A stretch of DNA of 64,000 nt, taken from Octopus vulgaris (Eukaryota). Numbering within the stretch: position 1 is the stretch's first letter; each line of letters starts with the position of its first letter. The stretch spans positions 31,558,001 to 31,622,000 of the forward strand of contig OX597826.1 of the NCBI GenBank assembly GCA_951406725.2, in the 5' to 3' direction. The position numbers and the translations under genes are program-made. The notes under the pieces are model-generated. The model searched no databases and was not told the DNA's origin. It worked only from the letters and a program-made list of their open reading frames with translations. Below, in pieces: positions 56,251 to 64,000 of the stretch.

Positions 56251-57780
56251 TGTAACAACATGGATATTTTAGAACTTCTCTTCAAATTTGTTATTTTTAT
56301 TTACCTAAAAGAATATTTGAAAGAGAAAAAACAAAACAAAACATTAATTGAATGAGTAAAATTATTCACATCTATTCTGTTAGCAGATATATTTTAAAAC
56401 GGTTATTACATTAACATCGGACATTTTAGGCAAAAAGCTATATTTTCCTTGCAAGAATGGAACAGGTTTTTCAAGGATAATTTCTTTTGATCGGTTCTCA
56501 GAGCTTCTCCGAGAATGTCGACATTTTTGTCTACCACAAATCCTCTTTAGACCGCCAACATGGAATTTTCACGGACCGCACCGCCCCACTGGTTGAGGGT
56601 TGTGGGGGCATTTTAGATTTCAAGCACCCTATTTCTGTCTATGCTTCTCGACAGCAATTCTGTGAATGAGACAAGCTGCGGAAAAGCGTGTTTCATAAAT
56701 GGCGACATCACCTGCCCCCACTAAGAAATTGCTGGAGATGTGTCCTGAGCGGATGTCTGTGCATCATAATTCACTGCATGACCAGTCCTCTTCGTAGTGG
56801 ATGATACAAAATGGTTCCTGGGTTTCTAATATCTATTGTGCAGAACCTACTGACGTTGTGATGGTGGTGTTGGTGGTGGTATCGTCACTTTTGATCCCAA
56901 CGTCGCCATTTGCTGCAACGGTTGTGCTCGGGTTGCTGACGATAGTGATGATGTCACTGTAGCTGTCATTTTTCTTCACTTTCGACGTACGGGTGTATTG
57001 AGATTGGAATAAGTCGATGTAAAATTAAAACAAACAAAATGAGAAACGTCAAAGCAGAGTCCGTGTGAATAAAAATTACAGAAAAAGACACGATAAATAT
57101 GAGAACAAGATGTATACGAGGGTAGATAACATTACTCACTGTCCAAAAGTCGGCATTCCCATAGTCAGATTCCGTATTCAAAGCAATAGACAACTGAAGT
57201 AGTAAACAATTTGCACAGAACAATAGACTCACATGTGTAAGACACACATTCTAAGCATCCTATTAATATAAAGCACAAAATCTATACAAATCAAACAGAA
57301 CATATGTTATGCACAGACAGACACAAAACCCAATAAGATAATGCAACTCGAACTATGAACTTAAACTGTAGGTCAGAAGAAACACTAAACTAACACCAGA
57401 GACAATGAAACCAAACAGCATTGAAGGAAAAAAATACAAATCAATATACAAATTTTGCACCAAGAAAAGAAAGAAAAATCTGCACGCCCATCAGGTACAC
57501 AGGGATGAACCAGGTGGTGCAGTAGAAACTAACTGTAAACTGTTGAAAACATTATAATAGTAGCAGGCTACAAGATTGACATTAAAGTAGATATAGCAAC
57601 AAAAGATATTAATGATTGATTTTTACATTTTCTAAATCAGCACAATCTAAATACAAATAACATTGCATTGATATATCTGGTGACCATAACATTGACAACA
57701 TGAATAACTGCTTCATAAAAAACACTGTTTTCTTTCAACCCCTTGATACATTTCAGGCAAACTTTCCAAGTTTATTCTGG

Positions 57781-59034
57781 TATATATGCACACATGTTAG
57801 AAGTATATAGACACCTCATAAAACATCGTTTTCTGTTTATTCTAACTTGTGAAGGTTTACATTCTTTATTAATTGTCATTTTTATGTTTCAGATACTATA
57901 TGTGACTGTTTAATCATGCCATGTACAAATGAAGCCTTGGAACTGTCTGAATTTCAAAGAGGCCGTTTTGTGGGTCATTCAGAAGGTGGATATAGTCAGC
58001 GTAAAATCGCAGAAAACCTTGGGATCCCGCTTTCTACGGTTAATAGGGTGATTGTGCAATTCACCAGAGAGGGGAAGTAGTCAACATCACCTTGTCCAGA
58101 TCAACCAGGGCCCTCTGACAGGACCCTTGTCTTTGCTAAGGGAAGTGTGGAGGATAATCCTCGTTGCAAGACCTCTGGCATAGCAGAGCAAGTTGATGTC
58201 ACTCTCAGAACAGCTGTCAGGTATCTCGACGAACTCAGTTACTATAGTAGAGCAGGAAGAAGGAAGCAACATCTTTGACCAGCCAATATGAAACGGAGAA
58301 AAGATTAGGCCAGTGAAAATGGGGGAGAGGCCATTAGCATTTTGGGACACTGTCATATTCTCCGATGAGTTCAGATTTGCTGTATTTCCTAACAGTGGTC
58401 GAGTGTGGGTCTGAAGACTCTGTGATCAAGAATTTGATGTGAAAAGTTTGCAACCAGCAATGAAACACAGCAGTGGTCTAGGGAACGATTTGGAGCAATG
58501 GTTTATCAGAGCTGGTGGAGTGTGAGGGAAAGATAAACTCAAATAAATATGTGTCCATATTGCACTCCATTTGGACTCTTTCCAAACTTCTCCAGTGGTG
58601 AAATGATTAAAGAAGACTCCATTTATGGAAGATGGGATTCCTTGTCACACGGTTAAAATGACCCAAGATTTGTTGGAAAAGAATGGCTTTAGAAAACTTC
58701 CTTAGCCAAGCCAGTCACCAGATATGAACCCTATAGAACACCTTTGGGGCATAATGGACAGGAGATTTCATAAACAGAACAAGAAAGCATCTTCAAAGCC
58801 AGATCTTTTGAGATTATTGCATAAAACTTAGCAAGAAATTACGCAAGAGAATATTCACCATCAGATCAGTAACATGCCTAATAGGGTCCTAGCATTGTAA
58901 AATGAAAAGAGCATGTCTACTGAATATTAAATGTTCACATTATAACAACTAGCAAATAATTTGCATGTATAATTTCAGATTTAAATAAATTTTGATAATT
59001 ATAAGGGTGTCTATTTACTTCTTTCATGTCACCT
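57781..59034 (+). mobile_element. Tc1/mariner DNA transposon remnant (transposase pseudogene about 57916-58930)
   Basis: [12 protein letters not shown]...[53 protein letters not shown] with stops; imperfect TIR (agaagtatatagacacc / ggtgtctatttacttct). Confidence 0.85.
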
Positions 59035-59494
59035 AGAAAGTTACCCTCCGAGGCACAAGTCTGGGCAAGGTTGTTTATGGAAGACCAGCAGTCGCGCATG
59101 CATACTGGCCTCCCCTCTCCATGCCACCGATGTTATCCAAGGGAAAGGCAAAGGCCGATACAGCTTGGTACCAGTGACGTCGCAGCTCATTTATTAACGT
59201 GCAAGTGGCTGAGCACTCCACAGAACGTGTACCCTTAACGTAGTTCTCGGGGAGAATCAGCGTGACACAGAGTGTGACAAGGCTGGCCCCTTTGAAATAC
59301 AGGTACAACAGAAACAAGAAGAAAGAGTGAGAGAAAGTTGTGGTGAATGAGTACGGCAGGGTTCATCGTGGAACTTTAGGTGCTTTCGCTCAATAAACAC
59401 TCACAATGCCCGGTCTGGGAATCGAGACCGCGATCCTACGACCGCGAGTCTCCTTCCCTAACCACTGAGCCATTGCGCGTCCACACTCACACAC

Positions 59495-59525
<31 letters not shown>

Positions 59526-59620
59526 AATGTATATATATATAAAAATGTATATAAAAATGTATATATATATATATATATAAGAAAAAAGGTTTGAAAATGC
59601 AATTTAAACGATGTTTATTT

Positions 59621-59661
59621 ACTTAACCGGTTTCACTCTTTGGTAAAAGATTGTCAAAAGT
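59621..59661 (-). ncRNA. Decayed hammerhead in the inverted pLTR
   Basis: ACTT-TTGACAA (from CTGACGA)-TCTTT/AAAGA-GT-GAAAC-CG-GTT-AAGT. Confidence 0.55.
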
Positions 59662-60345
59662 TACATTTAAGGAAACATTGGATAATATGAGTTCAAAAAA
59701 AGTTTTTTACATAATTGTCACATTGAATATTATGCATTCAAAAAAGTTTTTACATAATTGTCACATTGGATATTATGAATTCAAAAATGTTTTTTATACA
59801 TAATTGTCACATTACATGTATAAATATAGTGTTTGGTAACAGAGAAGTTCAATAGTGTGATGAGAATATTTGGGAAAATTTGGCAGAAAAGGATAAAACA
59901 AATATATTATTGGGAATTGGTTGCGTTAATTATTGGTTGTCGCAAATTGTCACATTACATGTATATATATACACAATCTTTGGTATATATATACAGCCTT
60001 TTGACAGCAAAAATTAAAATGGATTTTTTATACATCTCAGAATATTTTAAGTACAAGGCGAGAATATGTTTTTACTGACCTGTCGGTATTAGCAGAAAGG
60101 CTGAACTGAGAGAACAGAGGAAGTAGCCAATGTGGTGTATACTTCCCCTTTATGCATGAATGATTTTGGGGTTATCAGGAGGTTAGTATGCGGGTGTGAA
60201 TAGATGTGTCCGTGCCCGCTGGTCAGATAGCGTCTGTTTGTCACACACTGCATTTTCAAACCTTTTTTCTTATATAATCCCACTCGTGCGATACCCCACA
60301 ACTCAACTTTTATATATATATATAAACATCACACGAGTCCCGAAA

Positions 60346-61689
60346 ATGCCACCCAAATCACAACAAGCAGAATCTTTAATGAACCAAAATATCCTAAAAG
60401 AATTACAAGAAATCTCCTCGAAACTTTCAACCATAATAAACAATGTCGAACAATCGCACTTATACCTAAATGGACTCATGGAGGCCAAAACAACCAATCA
60501 AATCCCTGACATCATCCCAACACTGCAAAACCTAATGAAATCCATAGAGACGGCAGTGCTCCCAAAGCAGGAGCAAACTAAAGACTGCTTCTCAATTAAA
60601 AGCTCTCTTAACAACACCTGGAGTAAAAATCTCAAAGCGCGTAAGTTTGCCTTCTGGAATTTCATAAAAAATAACAACAAAGCTGACATTTATGAAAAGT
60701 GGCTCAACTCCACCCCTATCATCCTACCCAGAAAACTACAAATGAAACCCATCCAAAATGAACCAGAAAACCAAAAAAACCTCAGGGAGAAACTAGCTTT
60801 TGAAAAATTCAAAACGGAAGTAGAACTCTTGCGGCTCAGAGCCAACGCCAGTGAAGAAAAATCCAAGACCCTTGACAATGAAATGCAGATTGAAATCTCA
60901 AAACACTGTGAAGGAGCACTCCTTGATGAAACCACCAAACTCTGGAGAAAAAACTGCGAGGATGAAGAAATAACATCCCTCCAGCGAATGGAAAAAAACA
61001 GCTGGTTCACCAATTATGAAACAGAGTTCACAAAGGAACACCTTTCAAGCAACCCATATTTTAAAATATCTACTTCAACTCACACCCCTCGCCAAAAACA
61101 AAGAAAACCAACCACAAAACACCGAACACACACCACCCCTAACATCGACAACAACAACAACAGAACTTACAGACAGCACTACAATCCCATCAAAAGGACC
61201 GAGACACCCATCATCACACGACAAAACTTTACCAGACAACGTAGACCCCAACCCACACAAGAACCGTTCCAGATTCGGAGATCCTACCCATCACTTAGAA
61301 ACCCATCTCTGAACTATGATTATAGATTCCAACCCAAACCGCTCCTAACTCAGAGTTCTCCCCCAACATATAGGGATTCACTTCTAAACCATGAATATAG
61401 TTTCCAACCCACTCTAAGGAACCAACATTACACCCAGGACAAACAACCCAAACCCTGGAATAACCAAAACTCTTCCAGGAGGCCACACCAACAACCCAGA
61501 CCCTGGAACAACCAAAACCTCCTCAACAGACAACATAGCAACGGGGGACAGAATCACAACAACCAAAACCTCTTCAACAGACATGTCAACGGGGGACAGA
61601 ATCACATACAGCAAAATACCGCAAATAGAAGAACCCCCAGGATTCCTTTTTTAGGCAAGGGCATCAGTTTCCACGACACCAGATGGTAG
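60346..61689 (+). CDS. PLE upstream ORF1 (447 aa; charged helical core, Q/N/R/P-rich low-complexity tail), function unknown
   Basis: Uninterrupted frame from ATG 60346 to TAG 61689, same A/C-rich composition as the RT ORF, overlaps the RT frame. Confidence 0.75.
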   Translation: MPPKSQQAESLMNQNILKELQEISSKLSTIINNVEQSHLYLNGLMEAKTTNQIPDIIPTLQNLMKSIETAVLPKQEQTKDCFSIKSSLNNTWSKNLKARKFAFWNFIKNNNKADIYEKWLNSTPIILPRKLQMKPIQNEPENQKNLREKLAFEKFKTEVELLRLRANASEEKSKTLDNEMQIEISKHCEGALLDETTKLWRKNCEDEEITSLQRMEKNSWFTNYETEFTKEHLSSNPYFKISTSTHTPRQKQRKPTTKHRTHTTPNIDNNNNRTYRQHYNPIKRTETPIITRQNFTRQRRPQPTQEPFQIRRSYPSLRNPSLNYDYRFQPKPLLTQSSPPTYRDSLLNHEYSFQPTLRNQHYTQDKQPKPWNNQNSSRRPHQQPRPWNNQNLLNRQHSNGGQNHNNQNLFNRHVNGGQNHIQQNTANRRTPRIPFLGKGISFHDTRW

Positions 61690-63957
61690 ATACCAACCCC
61701 GAAAAACCAAAAATAGTGAATCTTTCTAACCTAAACCTGTCGACACCACAAATAAAAATCCTTTCAAGAGGACTAAAATTCACCCCAACTCCGTAATACC
61801 CTAACCTGAGGGAAATACAGGATGACATCTCGCACTTTTGCAGAAAATTACGCCTCACAGAGGAATTTTTTGACAGGAAAACTAATAATAACGACGAATC
61901 AATGGTCTGTAACAAAAGCAACTATAATCCCATAAAAGGCAAAAACAAAACCTTAAACAAATTTTGCGATTACATCTCCAACTTCCCTTATGGTGAACTC
62001 CCACAACCTAAACTCAAACCCAACACCAGTAAAAGAGAATGGGAAATCATCCATACGCTACGAGACAATCATGACGTCACAATAAAGGAAGCTGATAAGG
62101 GTAGTACGGTCGTTGTTATGAATTCTGAGCAATATAAAAACTCTGTATCTCTCCTTTTAGAGGATACCACATACTACGAAAGAGTAGTCGACTACCAGCA
62201 ATCCAAAACAATGACCAATCTGAAGGCACTCATTTACCAACACCGGAATGACTTGACAGCAAAGGAATGCGACTACATTACTAAATTTAATTGCAAAACC
62301 AGCACACTCTATGGGCTTCCAAAAATACACAAGAGTCAAATTATCACAGAAGCTTGCAAAAAGTCCACTTCAACCTGCATCACTATACCACATCCCACTG
62401 ATCTCAAACTGAGACCAATAGTGGCAGGCCCAAGTTGTGAAACACACAGACTTAGCAACTTTATAGATATCATCTTAAAGCCAATACTGAAACACATTCC
62501 AAGTATTGTAAGAGATGACCTGGACCTATTAAACCATCTCCCCAAACATGCCGATAAAGACACCTTAATCGTTTCTTTTGATGTTATTAATCTTTACACC
62601 ACAATCCCACATGAATTTGGACTGGAAGCCATTAAATTCTGGCTGGATAAATATCCCAATGAGATCCCGGAAAGAATTAAAAAAGAATTCATAATTGAGG
62701 GCCTCAAATTTATTCTGCAAAACAACTTCATGTATTTCCACAACAACACTTACAGACAGGTCTCAGGAACTGCAATGGGTACGAAAGTTGCACCTACCTA
62801 TGCAAACCTGGTGATGGCCTACCTGGAATCACATATCTATGAAAAATCCAAATATAAGTACAGCCAGTCTTTCCACAAATACCTGTTGGAGAACTGGAAA
62901 CGCTACTTAGATGATTGCCTTATCCTATGGTCCCACACACTCGACCAACTTATAGACTTCAAAAACCTTATCAACAGTGTAAATAACAACATTCAATTCC
63001 CAATGGAATATAGTCAGGACCAACTCCCTTTTCTTGACATCCTAATCATTAAAAAAGGCGTCAACATTGAAACTGACATCCATTACAAACCCACTGACTC
63101 TAAACAATACCTTCTATTCACCTCCAATCACCCAAAACACACAAAGACAAATATCCCCTTCAACCTAGCGAGAAGAATCTGCACTATTGTCTCAAATGAC
63201 ACAACACGAAATAGAAGACTCCGGGAACTAAGGGCAATTCTTCTTGAAAGACATTACCCGGCATCACTAGTAGACAACGGAATAGAACGGGCCAAATCAA
63301 TCAACATTCAAGACCTTCGAAAACCCAAACACATCCACAGTACAGTCAATAGCCTCCTTATCTCTCAACACACAACCCAAGGAATGCAGAAGCTTACACT
63401 ATTATATACAACAACATTCCACAACTAAATCAAGACCCACGCCTGAAAAAAATACTGGCAGCTCATAAAATAATAAAAAGTAAGAGACAACCTAAATCCC
63501 TAAAAACCTCCTCACCAACGCAAAATTACACAACACAAACCCACCGCCCACCATCAAAAAATGTGGTCGCCCCAACTGCAAGACCTGCATCCACCTCATT
63601 GAGGGATCATCGTACAAGTTCCACTCGGGACACACATTCATCATAAAAAATAATTTCAAGTGCGCATCAAAAAATTTACTCTACGTCATAAGGTGTGAAG
63701 GATGCCACGAAGACTACATAGGGCAAACGAGCCTTACCCTCAGAGACAGAATGACAGTTCACCGACAACAACTGAGGGACCCCTCCACAAGACAGATACC
63801 ACTAAGTGGACACTTAGACCTTTGTGCACACAATAAGTCCCCCAAATTCTTAGTCTTCCCACTATACCAATGCTCGGACAACACCACAGACCAAACACGA
63901 ATAAATAAGGAAAGTAATCTTATTCAAAAATACAGACCACAACTAAACATACTCTAA
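61683..63957 (+). pseudogene. PLE reverse transcriptase-GIY-YIG ORF, disrupted
   Basis: Frame of ORF 61902-63428 extends back to about 61629 except for TAA at 61794; GIY-YIG in a shifted frame ends at 63957. Confidence 0.88.
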
Positions 63958-64000
63958 CATACCCCCTGGAAACACATCCAGAGCAAGCACACAGGGACGC

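Larger units (their letters stand above)
59574..64000 (+). mobile_element. Penelope-like element, Neptune-like, with upstream ORF1, RT and GIY-YIG, preceded by an inverted pLTR; continues past the window end
   Basis: IVNLS..LSRGLKFTPTP N-terminus, ADKGS, LYGLPKIHK, LRPIV, SFDVINLYT, GTAMGT, RYLDD, LPFLD, CGRPNCKTC linker, LLYVIRC...YIGQT; one in-frame TAA (61794-61796) and frameshifts after about 63350. Confidence 0.92.

Noticed and set aside
56470-56990. Moderately GC-rich coding-like stretch upstream of SLC22-B
   Set aside because: Stops in all frames; may be a decayed LINE ORF1 but no motif I can support
60196-60345. Extended N-terminus of ORF1 from GTG 60196
   Set aside because: Crosses the pLTR inversion junction at 60249; ATG 60346 is the plausible start
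61794-61796. In-frame stop as a programmed read-through site
   Set aside because: It is TAA, most simply a point mutation in a copy that also has downstream frameshifts

Overview
AT-rich, microsatellite-dense animal genomic DNA, most likely an octopus or other coleoid cephalopod (inferred from the SINE families and repeat landscape). The minus strand carries two tandem paralogous SLC22-family (organic cation/anion transporter-like, MFS) genes with near-identical exon sizes. One is complete (36185-56250, 9 coding exons, 555 aa by my splice reconstruction). The other (6016-26134) has its last three exons beyond the window start. Introns and intergenic DNA are filled with SINEs, RTE/CR1/R4-like LINE remnants, non-autonomous Helitrons, a Tc1 remnant and at least five Penelope-like element (PLE) copies of Naiad-like and Neptune-like type. 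The most interesting unannotated signals are four. (1) About 18 hammerhead-ribozyme (HHR) motifs, intact or decayed, in PLE pseudo-LTR fragments, several with large branched stem-II insertions and one forming a perfect 122-bp palindrome with an HHR on each strand. (2) A Neptune-like PLE with a 447-aa upstream ORF overlapping the RT frame at an HIV-type T_TTT_TTA -1 slippery site. (3) Repeated fold-back (inverted pLTR) junctions. (4) An unexplained GC/CpG-rich structured island. Most short ORFs in the supplied track are microsatellite artefacts. All structures and homologies were read by eye; no folding or database search was run.
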